Part shown: positions 18,842 through 29,441 of the stretch, piece after piece
Numbering within the stretch: the stretch's first letter is position 1
How the letters are laid out: the number at the start of each line of letters is the position of its first letter
NCBI GenBank assembly: GCA_963735035.1
Contig: CAVTJJ010000006.1
Coordinates: 320,001 to 384,000 of the forward strand
Source of the DNA: an uncultured candidate division Zixibacteria bacterium
GTDB taxonomy: Bacteria > Zixibacteria > MSB-5A5 > GN15 > FEB-12
DNA length: 64,000 nt
Direction of reading: 5' to 3'
Program-made: the position numbers and the translations under genes
The notes under the pieces: generated by a model
Seen by the model: only the letters and a program-made list of their open reading frames with translations
Told to the model about the DNA's origin: nothing
Database searches by the model: none

Positions 18842-19588
18842 TCAAGAAATCACAGTGAACAGACGCCCCCAACGTACCTTCTGGAAGAAATGGACGACGT
18901 TGAAAGCGAACAAACGCGGCACCGAAAGCGGATCGGAAACGGTCACTTCGGGCGAGGGATTCGACGTCTCGTTCCACGACCAGTGAATCATCATAGCTTC
19001 GCCCAGAATCAGATCCCGGGGAACCGCCTGCCAGAAACGAGAATCGTAAGAGTTGTCACGGTTATCACCCATCATGAAATAGCTGTTCGGTGGGACAACA
19101 TAAGGCCCGAAAAAGTCCCGGCTGTTCTGGCCACCCGCCTTGCGGCGCTGGATATTGGGAGAGCCGTCGCGGGCGGTGTCGATGTACTTGGCATGAGGAG
19201 CATCGGGAACCCGCTGGCCGTTAATGTACAGAATCTTGTTCTTGACCAGCACCGTATCACCGGGGAGGCCGACGCACCTCTTGATGTATTTTGTGACGCC
19301 ATCGCCGGGGAAAATGAATATCACGATATCGCCGTGCTGCGGTCCATGCAGAGCGGGGAGCCGCCAGTTGACCAACGGCAGCCGAGCCCCGTAAACGAAC
19401 TTATTGGCGAGCAAGAAATCTCCGACCAGCAGCGTGTCTTCCATCGAGGCCGTGGGGATCTTGTACGCTTCGACCACCGACGTTTTGATGAACAACGCCA
19501 GAATGATAGCCAGTCCGATCTGCTTGACATTTTCCCAGATTATGTTGGCGGCCGATTGCCGCTCTGATTTGTCTTGATCTGCTGCCAT
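18842..19588 (-). CDS. lepB: Signal peptidase I
   Basis: IPTASMEDTLLVGD, YIKRCVGLPGD and MMGDNRDNSYDSRFW. Confidence 0.96.
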   Translation of the reverse strand: MAADQDKSERQSAANIIWENVKQIGLAIILALFIKTSVVEAYKIPTASMEDTLLVGDFLLANKFVYGARLPLVNWRLPALHGPQHGDIVIFIFPGDGVTKYIKRCVGLPGDTVLVKNKILYINGQRVPDAPHAKYIDTARDGSPNIQRRKAGGQNSRDFFGPYVVPPNSYFMMGDNRDNSYDSRFWQAVPRDLILGEAMMIHWSWNETSNPSPEVTVSDPLSVPRLFAFNVVHFFQKVRWGRLFTVIS

Positions 19589-19696
19589 GCTTATCCTATT
19601 AGTCATTCTGGTCGTTAATGGTTCTACAATGTCCGGATTAACTTGTTTCCTGCCGTTTTGTCAACCAGAACAAGCCGTCGGTCCCTGGGGTGTCAG

Positions 19697-20767
19697 TCAA
19701 TTGCGTCCCAGCATTCTCATAATGTCATTGTAAGTCACGAACAGGGTCAGTGACAATACCGCGAGAATGCCGGCATATTGGACAGCTATCCTGGCTTTCA
19801 TGGGCAAGGGGACGCCGCGAATCTTCTCGATCAGCAGGAACAGCAGTTGTCCGCCATCGAGAATAGGTATGATCGGTTGAATATTCAGCACCGCCAGGTT
19901 GACGGACAGGAGCGCCATAAAGAACAACAGGCGTGACAATCCACGGCGCGCCTCTTTGCCTGACTGTTGAGCGATAAACAGCGGGCCGCCGATCATCTTG
20001 GTCGACACCTGTCCGAACATCAATTGCTTGATAAATTTCAGCGTCTCCCAGACAATTACATGAGTGGTCAGGAAACCGTTGCTGACCGCCTCGCCGACGC
20101 TGTATCGCTGATATCCTTCCGGTTTCTCGCTGATGCCTATTTCACCTACAGCTTTCGAGTTACCGTTCTCGTCCATGATCTCACCCTTGCGGGTGACCAC
20201 GCCGACCGTCATAGTATCAACACCTCGGACCCAGGTGACGTTGACGGGAGCTTCGACCACGGCGTTGATAACAACGCGCATGGAATCGAACACTTTCACC
20301 GGAGCGCCGTTGACCGCAATCACCTGGTCATCGGGCTGAAGTCCCGCCAGGGAGGCCGGGCTGTTTTCGGAGACTTCGCCGACTACGATCTTGTCGGTGC
20401 TGAAATAGGGCACGCCCGCGAATAGATAGATGCCGATCATCAGGGCAATCGCGAGGATGTAATTCATGAACGGACCGGCAAACATCACCGCCGCCCGGTG
20501 TCTGATCGGTTTGGACATGAACTCGTTGGGAGCGCCGCTCATTTCTTCGTCCGGGTTTTCACCGGCCATTTTGACATAACCCCCGAGCGGGATCATTCCG
20601 ATGCAGTAGGTGGTCTCGCCAACCGTCTTGCTGAAAATATTGGGGGGAAAGCCCAACGAAAACTTCTCCACCCGGATGCCGACTTTCTTGGCTACCAGAA
20701 AGTGGCCCAGTTCGTGGAAGAAGATCAACACGCCGAGAACGAATATGAACGAAAGAAAGGTCAACAT
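19697..20767 (-). CDS. rseP: RIP metalloprotease RseP
   Basis: HELGH, PLGGYVKM, AGPFMN, PDZ domain and LDGG. Confidence 0.95.
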   Translation of the reverse strand: MLTFLSFIFVLGVLIFFHELGHFLVAKKVGIRVEKFSLGFPPNIFSKTVGETTYCIGMIPLGGYVKMAGENPDEEMSGAPNEFMSKPIRHRAAVMFAGPFMNYILAIALMIGIYLFAGVPYFSTDKIVVGEVSENSPASLAGLQPDDQVIAVNGAPVKVFDSMRVVINAVVEAPVNVTWVRGVDTMTVGVVTRKGEIMDENGNSKAVGEIGISEKPEGYQRYSVGEAVSNGFLTTHVIVWETLKFIKQLMFGQVSTKMIGGPLFIAQQSGKEARRGLSRLLFFMALLSVNLAVLNIQPIIPILDGGQLLFLLIEKIRGVPLPMKARIAVQYAGILAVLSLTLFVTYNDIMRMLGRN

Positions 20768-21927
20768 ATTGTTTTGCTTTTCACTTCTGTTGCGACCTGT
20801 CTGGCCCGACGGTCGGCCTCTAAAATATCTTCAAGCTCCGGCTTCGATACCGGATCAACCCGGTCCAGGGTTCTCTTTACAATATCGGCAATCTCAGTGA
20901 ACCTGATGGTTCGATCGAGAAAAGCCGCGACCGCAACTTCGTTGGCCGCGTTGTATATCGCGGGAGCCGTCCCGCCTGCTTCCGCCGTCTGGTAGGCCAG
21001 TCCGAGGGCGGGAAAACGGTCGAAATCAGGCGCGTCGAACTCCAGCTTGCGGGACCGGGCCCAGTCCATCCGCCCAAATCCCTGTTCCAGCCGGTCGGGC
21101 CAGAACAAAGCGTGGGCAATAGGCAGACACATGTCCGGTTCCGACATCTGAGCTACCACCGACGAGTCAATATATTCAACCATAGAATGTACAACCGACT
21201 GCGGGTGAATAACAACTTTGATCTGCCGGGGTTCCAGACCGAACAAAACGACCGCCTCGAGGACTTCGAGCCCCTTATTGACGAGGGTGGCTGAATCGAT
21301 CGAGATTTTCGGACCCATTTTCCAGGTTGGGTGAGCCAGGGCCTGCTCCACGGTTACCCCGGCGATCTGCTCCGCGGTCCAGGTGCGAAACGGCCCGCCG
21401 GAGGAGGTCAGGATGATCTGTCGTACTTCGCCGCGCCTACCCGCTCGAAGCGCCTGCCAGATGGCGGAATGCTCTGAATCGACCGGTAAGATCTGCGGTG
21501 GCTCTTTGCGGCAAACTTGTTCAAAGAGCGGTCCTCCCGCCACGAGCGATTCTTTGTTGGCCAGGGCCAGTTGTTTGCCGGCGGCAACCGCCTCGCAGGA
21601 AGCTTTCAATCCCGCCGCGCCCACTACCGCGTTCAACACGATATCGACTTCGCCCATTCCCGCCAACCGGGTCAACTCGTCCTCGCCTTCGAGGATCGTC
21701 ACCGGCTCTCCCTTGAGAGTCTGTCGAAGTCTCGCGGCGGCAGCCTTGTCAACCAGGCACAGATACTGGGGCCTGAACTCTCGATATTGCTCGGTTATCA
21801 GGCGGTCATTACTAAAAGCTCCGAGCGCAGTAATAGTCAGTCGTCCGGGGTGCTGCCGAATGACTTTCAACGCGGATTGGCCGATTGATCCGGTCGACCC
21901 AAGTATGGCAAGGCGTCTGGAGCTCAT
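20761..21927 (-). CDS. dxr: 1-deoxy-D-xylulose 5-phosphate reductoisomerase
   Basis: ILGSTGSIG, LANKESLV, PVDSEHSAI, HPTWKMGPKI and NAANEVAV. Confidence 0.97.
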   Translation of the reverse strand: MSSRRLAILGSTGSIGQSALKVIRQHPGRLTITALGAFSNDRLITEQYREFRPQYLCLVDKAAAARLRQTLKGEPVTILEGEDELTRLAGMGEVDIVLNAVVGAAGLKASCEAVAAGKQLALANKESLVAGGPLFEQVCRKEPPQILPVDSEHSAIWQALRAGRRGEVRQIILTSSGGPFRTWTAEQIAGVTVEQALAHPTWKMGPKISIDSATLVNKGLEVLEAVVLFGLEPRQIKVVIHPQSVVHSMVEYIDSSVVAQMSEPDMCLPIAHALFWPDRLEQGFGRMDWARSRKLEFDAPDFDRFPALGLAYQTAEAGGTAPAIYNAANEVAVAAFLDRTIRFTEIADIVKRTLDRVDPVSKPELEDILEADRRARQVATEVKSKTIC

Positions 21928-21979
21928 CAATGCTTATAGGACGGTTTTGGGGTCACCGAAGTTCCCCGGCTAAGACATA

Positions 21980-22182
21980 GTGCCCGGCAGATACCTGCCG
22001 TAGGGGAAAGTGCCTGGTCCGCCGCGGCGGACCCACATCTGCCAGCTTCTTGAAACCGCGTGGACTATTGTCCACAGATCCCGCTGTCACATCTAGTGCC
22101 TGGCAGATGCCCACATCTGCCAGCTTTCCGGAACCACGCAGGCAATCGTGAAGCGGTGTCACCCGGATTCGGGCCACCGACA
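21980..22182. repeat. REP-like palindromes (reverse-orientation gtgcccggcagat..atctgcc family)
   Basis: Copies at 21980, 22010 (ggtccgccgcggcggacc insert) and 22096. Confidence 0.8.
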
Positions 22183-22851
22183 TCACTTCAGCGGATTCCC
22201 TTCAGCATCGGAGCGATAGGCTTTGAGTACGAAACAGTCCTTGGTTGGCGTCGATTCCTCGGCCGGCGGCGATGCTTTCACTACCGGAATCCTGCTGATC
22301 GACCAGAGAACGTCAAACCCTTTTAGGAGATGTCCGAAGACCACGTATTTGCGGTCGAGATACTGGGTCTGAGTGTTGCGATCGGTACAGATGAAGAACT
22401 GCGTCTGGGCCGTTTCGGGAGAACCACGGCTGGCCATCGAGAGAGTACCGAACTCGTGGGGAAGATCGTTCAACTCGTTCGGAAGGTAATATTCGACATT
22501 CTTCTTGCCGACCACGAACGGATTTCCGCCCTGAACCATGAAATCCTTGATGATGCGATGGAACTTGGTGCCGGTGTAAAAACCGTCATTGCAGCGCGCC
22601 AGAAACGAATCAGCATGTGCCGGAGCGACATCGCGGTAGAGCTCGAGCACCAACTTGCCGCGATCGGTTTCGAGCGTGACAATGGTGTTCTTTGGATTCC
22701 GGATTTCGTGCCGCCATTGCGGCAGACTGTCCGGATACTTTGGGGCCTCTCCCGGGAGTTGGATTGCACCGGTGCGCGGTGGGGGCGTGACGGCCATTAC
22801 CGATGCCGCCAACGCGACAGTCAACAGAGCGATCGTCAGAATTCTCGACAT
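22183..22851 (-). CDS. Exported cyclophilin-type peptidyl-prolyl cis-trans isomerase
   Basis: FHRIIKDFMVQGG, GTLSMA, QFFI, LDRKYVVFG and a signal peptide. Confidence 0.93.
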   Translation of the reverse strand: MSRILTIALLTVALAASVMAVTPPPRTGAIQLPGEAPKYPDSLPQWRHEIRNPKNTIVTLETDRGKLVLELYRDVAPAHADSFLARCNDGFYTGTKFHRIIKDFMVQGGNPFVVGKKNVEYYLPNELNDLPHEFGTLSMASRGSPETAQTQFFICTDRNTQTQYLDRKYVVFGHLLKGFDVLWSISRIPVVKASPPAEESTPTKDCFVLKAYRSDAEGNPLK

Positions 22852-22955
22852 GTACTTCCTACCTCGTTTGATACAGAGTCAACGGTTACTTTGTCCACGT
22901 ATGATAAACAAGCCTCATGGCACTGTCAACAGCAGGGCGCATAACGGGTTGAAGT

Positions 22956-24359
22956 CTACTTCCTGTAGGAAGAAGTACTTCCGAGCAGTCGGGTTCCGTG
23001 CTTGAAATTCTCCATAGAAACGGCTCCAGCCGCAACTTTCGGCGTAGGATCCCAGAGATGGATTTCTATGATGGCCGAGTCCGGAGCGTTTGTAGAAGCA
23101 TAGAATAAGGCCCCCAGAGCGTCGTACCGCATGCCCCAGGCGGGGGGAGCCGTCGGATCGTAAAATAGACTGTCAGGTGTGCCATACGCTGATCGTACCG
23201 CCTGAATAGAGGAGCCTACGCCAATTCCTTCCGGAGTGGTTCTGTTGAAAACCGTGTTGAGGATGATTGATTCCACCGGCTCATTTGAATCTATGGTACT
23301 ATTTTGATTCACGTCCCTGATCGCCACGACGACTCCCAAAGCAGCTTCGTAGTTGGCGAAATTGCGCCAGTAATCAGGATCAACGTCGATTGAGGCCGGG
23401 CTTCCGTTCCACGCGAACACATCTGCGTACGCATCACTGAATCTGACAAACTGCCCCTGGCCGTCGGCGCCTAAGCGGATGACGCTCGCTCTCGCTTTGA
23501 CATCGACCGTGTCAATACCGCGTAGCATCGCCCTGATTTGTCCGTACCCTTTCTGACCGCTGAATAGATAATTATTCGAGACTACGCCGTTCGAATTCGA
23601 CCGGGCCGAGTCAGCCGAAAGAGTTCCGTCGCCGTCAACCACCGAGAAGAGAAGCCACGGACGACGCAACGAATTACCCTGCTGGTCAAGTACGCGAAAA
23701 TCAAGCGGCGGAGCGGTGATACCGGAGCCCATGGTCCCCTTGTAGTACAGCCCGTTCACGGCGCTTATCTGGTAGGGGATTTCGATTCTCAAAGCCGCCG
23801 TGGATGTGTCTGTGGCAATGTGATTGTACGCGACAGCGGTGAACGTCTGAGAACTCGTAGGCTTGACAACCACGCTTCCGGAATCTTTGTCCGCTACATG
23901 GGCAGTCCCGTTGTTGACTACGAACGAGTCACAACGAATGGTCTTCCATGACAGTATGGCGGAATCACCGACGAGAAGAGTGTCTTCGGATAGTCCAAAC
24001 GATTCAATTACCGGAACCGCTCCCGACATAGTGACAGCCACTGCCGCAGAATCCCTCCCGCTCTTGTTGTAGCCCAGCAGGGAATAGGTAGTGGGCGTGG
24101 CGGGTTTCGTCCAGTGTTGACCGGACGTCACCGTAGTCAGTTTGATCCCTCCGGGAAAGAGCTTGACTGAATCGGCCCCCGTAACCGTATAACTCAGCTG
24201 CGATGAATCCCCCGGCATAATGTCGGCCGGTGTTGCGGTGAAACTGTTGATCCGGGGCGGATCGACCGGCTTGACCGGATCGTCTTTACAACCGTTAATA
24301 GCTGTGATAGCAGCCAGTATCGCCAAGAATACCAGGAGAACTTTGCGTTCTTTGCTCAT
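22956..24359 (-). CDS. Hypothetical lipoprotein with tandem Ig-like domains
   Basis: INGC lipobox; repeated P-x-I-x-S-F...GDS-x-x-L-S-W beta-rich units; RBS AAAGGA. Confidence 0.75.
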   Translation of the reverse strand: MSKERKVLLVFLAILAAITAINGCKDDPVKPVDPPRINSFTATPADIMPGDSSQLSYTVTGADSVKLFPGGIKLTTVTSGQHWTKPATPTTYSLLGYNKSGRDSAAVAVTMSGAVPVIESFGLSEDTLLVGDSAILSWKTIRCDSFVVNNGTAHVADKDSGSVVVKPTSSQTFTAVAYNHIATDTSTAALRIEIPYQISAVNGLYYKGTMGSGITAPPLDFRVLDQQGNSLRRPWLLFSVVDGDGTLSADSARSNSNGVVSNNYLFSGQKGYGQIRAMLRGIDTVDVKARASVIRLGADGQGQFVRFSDAYADVFAWNGSPASIDVDPDYWRNFANYEAALGVVVAIRDVNQNSTIDSNEPVESIILNTVFNRTTPEGIGVGSSIQAVRSAYGTPDSLFYDPTAPPAWGMRYDALGALFYASTNAPDSAIIEIHLWDPTPKVAAGAVSMENFKHGTRLLGSTSSYRK

Positions 24360-24436
24360 GCGTTCCTTTGAAGCGAGTTCAGGATTGAAATTGAAGTCAC
24401 GAACATAAGGATTATCGGCCGAATCCAATATTGCGT

Positions 24437-25123
24437 CTACGACTTGAAGAAGTATCTCAGGCCGCCGCCGACTTGCAGGTGCTTTATCCGATCTCCGGTA
24501 GCGACGAAAGTCCAGCTATTGATCGACGAGAAGGTGACAAAAGATCGTTTGTCCGGCGCAGTCCAGAGTTTGACATCAAGGCCGAAATCGGCGGCAAGCG
24601 ACGTGTTAAACTGGTAATCTGTCTGATAGCCGGGTGTACTGACACTGCCTAGTCCTAGTGACGCGCCCAAACCTACAAACGGAGTCCAGTACGATTCGGT
24701 CAGGTTGAGCGGGGCATAGGCGCAATGAAGTTTGACGTCAGACTGGTGATAAGTGGGATCGTCCATGAAAGCGATCGTGTATTCGTAGAGCCCGCCAGCC
24801 TGCGAAATCGGGTTCTTTATCTTGTTTCGGGCGTAGTCAAAACCGACCGCTATGCGCCAGTTGCTGATGTAGGCCTTTCCAAACGTCAGTCCCACCCCGA
24901 AGCCGTCATTGTATACTCGGTTAGCGTCATATGAAAACGTCGATCCAGCGTCGAACTCAAAAGGCATTCCCGGTATGCCATTATAACTTCCCAGTGGCAT
25001 GGCGTAACTGGAACTAACCTCCATATACCCCATTCTTGCCGCCACGCGCTCAATTGCAGAAGTCTGACCGCTTATCACGCAAATCAATGCCAGAGTCGCC
25101 CAAAACCATATTCGCTGTCGCAT
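24437..25123 (-). CDS. Outer-membrane beta-barrel protein
   Basis: Signal peptide, alternating amphipathic strands, C-terminal GGGLRYFF. Confidence 0.7.
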   Translation of the reverse strand: MRQRIWFWATLALICVISGQTSAIERVAARMGYMEVSSSYAMPLGSYNGIPGMPFEFDAGSTFSYDANRVYNDGFGVGLTFGKAYISNWRIAVGFDYARNKIKNPISQAGGLYEYTIAFMDDPTYHQSDVKLHCAYAPLNLTESYWTPFVGLGASLGLGSVSTPGYQTDYQFNTSLAADFGLDVKLWTAPDKRSFVTFSSINSWTFVATGDRIKHLQVGGGLRYFFKS

Positions 25124-25350
25124 TTTTCCTCCGATGTCATAATCCGTCGTCCGGGCCGATTAGTCACAAACCGACCACCTTCATATTATACAACGAATCG
25201 GTTATGTCAACCACGGATAAACTTAACCTGTTTTGTAGCAATTCGTTCGCTATCAGGAACCGCTTGCCACCCGATAATGAATGTATATAATGCTCGGACC
25301 TGGTGAATTACAGCCAGGCAGAAATTAGCGACTTGACGAGGTTACAACAT

Positions 25351-26259
25351 ATGGCAAATTCCAAGATAATGGTGATCGGCGCCGGAGCCATGGGGCAAGG
25401 TCTCAGTGAAGCTATCGCGGCGGCCGGTCATGACGTCACTTTAGTGGACAAAACCACCAAGATAGTGGACAAAGGGCTTCGCGGTATCGACGAAGCCATG
25501 GACCGAGAAATCGGCCGCTGGGGACTCACCCAGTCAGACAAGAAGGCGATCCGTTCCCGCATTAGCGCCACCGCCGACCTGTCTCAGGCCGAAGACGCCG
25601 AAATCGTGCTCGAATGCATTCCTGAAGATCTCGAAATGAAGCGAGCCCTGTTCGGGAAGCTCGACCGGATATGCCCCGAAGATACGCTGATGATTACGAA
25701 CACGGGGACACTGTCTATCTCTGAGATCGCCCAGGCGACCGAACGTCCGGCGAAGATCATCGGTATGCATTTCCTGAATCCGGTCACCCGGATTCCGCTC
25801 GTTGAAATTGTCAAAGGTCTGCACACCGACGGCAATACTTTCAAGAAGGCTGTCGAATTCGCCCAGATGCTGGACAAGAAGTGGATCACGGTCAACGAAT
25901 ATCCCGGCTACGTTACAACCCGTATCATCGTTCCGCTGCTTAACGAGGCGATGTACGTCCTTATGGAAGGTGTAGCGTCGGCCGAGGACATCGACGAGGC
26001 CATGAAGCTCGGCTTCGGATTCAATGTCGGCCCGCTCACGCTCGCTGACCAGATGGGACTGGACGTGGTCATGTCATGGATGAACAACTTGCTCAAGGAA
26101 CTGTCGGAACATCGCTACAACGCCTGTCCGATTCTCAGAAAGCTGGTCCGCGCCGGACATTTGGGCGTGAAGACCGGCAAGGGTTTCTTTGAGTACGACA
26201 AAGAGGGCAATCGGATCGTGGTGCTTGTGGAGCCAAACGGCAAAGGACAACAGCGATGA
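25351..26259 (+). CDS. hbd: 3-hydroxybutyryl-CoA / 3-hydroxyacyl-CoA dehydrogenase
   Basis: GAGAMG, E-CIPEDLEMK, GMHFLNP, GPLTLADQMGLD and GVKTGKGF. Confidence 0.9.
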   Translation: MANSKIMVIGAGAMGQGLSEAIAAAGHDVTLVDKTTKIVDKGLRGIDEAMDREIGRWGLTQSDKKAIRSRISATADLSQAEDAEIVLECIPEDLEMKRALFGKLDRICPEDTLMITNTGTLSISEIAQATERPAKIIGMHFLNPVTRIPLVEIVKGLHTDGNTFKKAVEFAQMLDKKWITVNEYPGYVTTRIIVPLLNEAMYVLMEGVASAEDIDEAMKLGFGFNVGPLTLADQMGLDVVMSWMNNLLKELSEHRYNACPILRKLVRAGHLGVKTGKGFFEYDKEGNRIVVLVEPNGKGQQR

Positions 26260-27467
26260 AAATACTAGTACTAAACTGCGGGTCGTCATCTGTAAAATAC
26301 CAGCTCATTGACACCGAACTCAAACTCGCTATGGCCAAGGGTATGGTTTCACGGATCGGCATGGCCGGCTCGGTCGTGACTCATAAGCCGCACGATCGCC
26401 CCGAAGTGAAGATCTCGGCTGAGATTCTCGACCACATTCAGGCCGTCGAGTATGTCATCTCGATGCTCATGTCGGCCAACCACGGTGTTATCGCCGACAA
26501 GAAAGAAATTCAGGCGGTGGGACATCGGGTGGTTCACGGCGGTGAAGCCTTCTCGGATTCTGCCCTGATTACGCAGGACATGATGGCCACGCTGCGGTCG
26601 TTGATTGATTTGGCCCCCCTTCACAATCCGCACAACATTCGTGGTATCAACGCCTGCAAAACGGGACTGCCGGGGATTCCGCAGGTTGCCGTCTTTGATA
26701 CAGCGTTTCATCACTTGATGCCGCCGCGCGCTTTCATTTACGGTCTGCCATACGTGATGTATAAGCGGTACGGTATTCGTCGCTACGGTTTCCATGGCAC
26801 GTCGCATCTATATGTGAGTGAGCGCGCCGCGGCGATGCTGGGACGTCCACTATCCGAGTTGAAAATCATCACCGCCCATCTTGGCAATGGCGCGTCGATT
26901 TCGGCGGTGGATCGCGGACACTCGATAGATACGTCGATGGGGTTTACGCCCCTTGAAGGTCTGCTGATGGGTACCCGCTCGGGCGATCTCGATCCGGCCG
27001 TGATTTTGCACGTCATGGCGCAGGAAGAGCTCTCTTTGCATGAGGCTAACGCGCTGCTGAATAAACATTCGGGTCTGGTGGGTATATCGGGTGTGTCGTC
27101 GGATGTGCGTGAAGTCATCGAAGCCGCATCGGATTCCAATCAGCCCAATGCCAAGCTGGCGCTGGAAGTGTATTGCTATCGTCTGAAGAAATACATCGGC
27201 TCGTACTTCGCTGCTATGGGCGGAGCCGATGCGGTTGTGTTCACGGCCGGTGTGGGCGAAAATTCACCATTTATCCGTGCGGCGACATGTACCAATCTTG
27301 AGTGCATCGGTATTTCTATCGACGACGAGAAGAATCGCCAGGCCATCGGCAAGGAGATGGACATCTCCACGAACGGTGCGACTTGTCGCACGCTGGTGGT
27401 GCCGACTAACGAGGAGCTGGTGATTGCGCGCGATACGGAACGTATCGTGAAAGCCTCGCAGCACTAA
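26256..27467 (+). CDS. ackA: Acetate kinase
   Basis: LNCGSSS, GHRVVHGG, APLHN, FDTAFH, YGFHGTSH, HLGNG and TNEE. Confidence 0.97.
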   Translation: MKILVLNCGSSSVKYQLIDTELKLAMAKGMVSRIGMAGSVVTHKPHDRPEVKISAEILDHIQAVEYVISMLMSANHGVIADKKEIQAVGHRVVHGGEAFSDSALITQDMMATLRSLIDLAPLHNPHNIRGINACKTGLPGIPQVAVFDTAFHHLMPPRAFIYGLPYVMYKRYGIRRYGFHGTSHLYVSERAAAMLGRPLSELKIITAHLGNGASISAVDRGHSIDTSMGFTPLEGLLMGTRSGDLDPAVILHVMAQEELSLHEANALLNKHSGLVGISGVSSDVREVIEAASDSNQPNAKLALEVYCYRLKKYIGSYFAAMGGADAVVFTAGVGENSPFIRAATCTNLECIGISIDDEKNRQAIGKEMDISTNGATCRTLVVPTNEELVIARDTERIVKASQH

Positions 27468-27484
27468 TGATAGATATGTGATTC

Positions 27485-28104
27485 TGTCTTGCCCCGGCTT
27501 GCCACGGGTACCCCACAGCTTGCTGTGGGGCCGCCCCCGCTTGAAAAGTGCCCGGCAGATGTCCACATCTGCCGGCTCGCATTAATACCGCCCCACATCT
27601 GTCTTGCCCCGTGAAGACGGGGCATCCAAGGGTATGATCGGCAGCAAACTTGATCGGCAGGGTTCCAACCCTGCCGTGCGCTCTCCGGCAGGCACAGAGG
27701 CCTGCCGATCAAAATAAACGCTCTCTTGCCCCGCTTCAGGCAGAGTACCCAGGGGTTGCCTGATCGGCAGCCAGTAGGTCAGGAGCCCTTAGGCTCCTAA
27801 TATTTTCTGCTATCTCCGTCATACCCGGCTTGGCCGGGAATCCATGGGCTGCTCGGTTGGAGGGATCACCGTCTCTGACGAGAGTTGATATCTTCGCATA
27901 TTATCATCAGTCTGCTGTGTCCTTCGTGAGTGCAAGAGTTCTTGCGGTCGCGAGTAGTCATGGGTGCCCGACCAAGTCGGGCATGACGGAATAGCAACTC
28001 TTGAGAAGATCGATCAAGATGCCACCCGCTGGGCGGGGTACAGAAGAGTGCCGTAAAAACCGGCGGACAAACACGATGTCGGGATGACAAGCATCCCGAC
28101 CTAC
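27485..28104. repeat. Composite REP cluster, left flank of the 28156-29367 gene
   Basis: Several palindrome families; 27650-27826 plus 27965-28041 match 29574-29822. Confidence 0.85.
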
Positions 28105-28155
28105 AAGACTTGCCAGCGGTTGTGGTTCTGCGTGGACTTACTTGCAAGGGTTGAA

Positions 28156-29367
28156 TCAGGAGATGTCGCGGCCCACAGCAGGTCTGTTAACTACAGGTCT
28201 TTTCGGAAAGTGGATCAGAACGAGTCCAAGAAGTCCTGTTGTAACGTGGATAGTGAACATCATGCGGGCAAACTGATGGTCACTGCGATAGTCGAAAGAA
28301 GGAAACCAGGCACTCGCCAGGAGGCCCACTGCGTACAAACCGGTGGCAGCTAACCCGGCACCAACCAAGAGGTACCAGGGTTTTAGCCAGTCGCGGAAGT
28401 CGGTCCAACGCGAAGCAATCAGCTTGAGAACCAGGGGTAATGAAAGAACTACTGGCGGCAGGAATAATCGGGTCTCGCGTGCGAAGGCATTGGTCAGAAC
28501 CACGGCAGTTACGACCGGAAGCGCCACGATAGTTCCCCATCCAAGGAACCGCTCCTCGGGCGCGAGTGGAATCCGCCCTTTTAGATACGCCCACAGCGCC
28601 GACGGGATCAGCAGCCATAGCAATCCCTGTCCCATGACAAGCGAGTAGAGCGAATTGAGTGTCCACTTCGAATCGCGGAAATTCTCTGCTATACTGCTTA
28701 TTGTCGTGGCGGCCGGTTCCTTTTCCGGAAAATACCAAAATAGAAACGCAATCAAAATAGGGAACAGTGCCAGTAGGTTGCGTGGATTTGTCCGCCTGCC
28801 GTCGGCCTGAATGAAGGCAATTACCCAGACCGGGAAGAACAACACCGTTGCTTCGCGCGCGGCTATGCCGAACGCGAACGCCGCCGCGCTCCACAGGAAC
28901 TTTTTCTCAAGCAACAGGCTGAACGACAGGATGAGCGCCCCGTACTGCCAGAAGTCGTCCCACGTTTCCACCCCGAGGTGAAACGCCGCCATGACCGGAT
29001 AGGCGCCGAAGAAGGCTACGACGCCGGCCAATGCGAAGCCGTTCGAGAGCCGCAGCAGGCGGAGATATCGATAAAAGAGAAATCCAGTCAGGGCCAGAAG
29101 GGAAAACTGCAAGCACGCAAAAGCAAACTCGTACCGGCCCCCCAGCAAATCTCCCAGCCAAATTACGGGATAGGTCGTGAAGACGCGCGCCGAGAACGGG
29201 TAGTAACTGGCGTGGATATTGAGCCGGAATTTCCAGTCTGCGTCAGTGGCATTGAACATGGAGTCGGTTGCGAACTGTTCGCCGATGGAAAGCGCCAGCA
29301 GTGCGGCGATCACGATCCCGGCCGCGGCATACTCTCTTGACGATGGATGGGGGAGGTCTCTGGCCAT
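28156..29367 (-). CDS. Polytopic membrane protein, possibly a GT-C fold glycosyltransferase
   Basis: About 10 TM segments; WDDFW and AAREAT motifs resembling ArnT/PMT-like proteins; function is inference. Confidence 0.6.
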   Translation of the reverse strand: MARDLPHPSSREYAAAGIVIAALLALSIGEQFATDSMFNATDADWKFRLNIHASYYPFSARVFTTYPVIWLGDLLGGRYEFAFACLQFSLLALTGFLFYRYLRLLRLSNGFALAGVVAFFGAYPVMAAFHLGVETWDDFWQYGALILSFSLLLEKKFLWSAAAFAFGIAAREATVLFFPVWVIAFIQADGRRTNPRNLLALFPILIAFLFWYFPEKEPAATTISSIAENFRDSKWTLNSLYSLVMGQGLLWLLIPSALWAYLKGRIPLAPEERFLGWGTIVALPVVTAVVLTNAFARETRLFLPPVVLSLPLVLKLIASRWTDFRDWLKPWYLLVGAGLAATGLYAVGLLASAWFPSFDYRSDHQFARMMFTIHVTTGLLGLVLIHFPKRPVVNRPAVGRDIS

Positions 29368-29441
29368 CCTGGCGACTATACTTCATCGTATCAATACGAG
29401 CAAGTCTTACCTTGGACGATGCGCTTTACGGGAGTCGTCTT

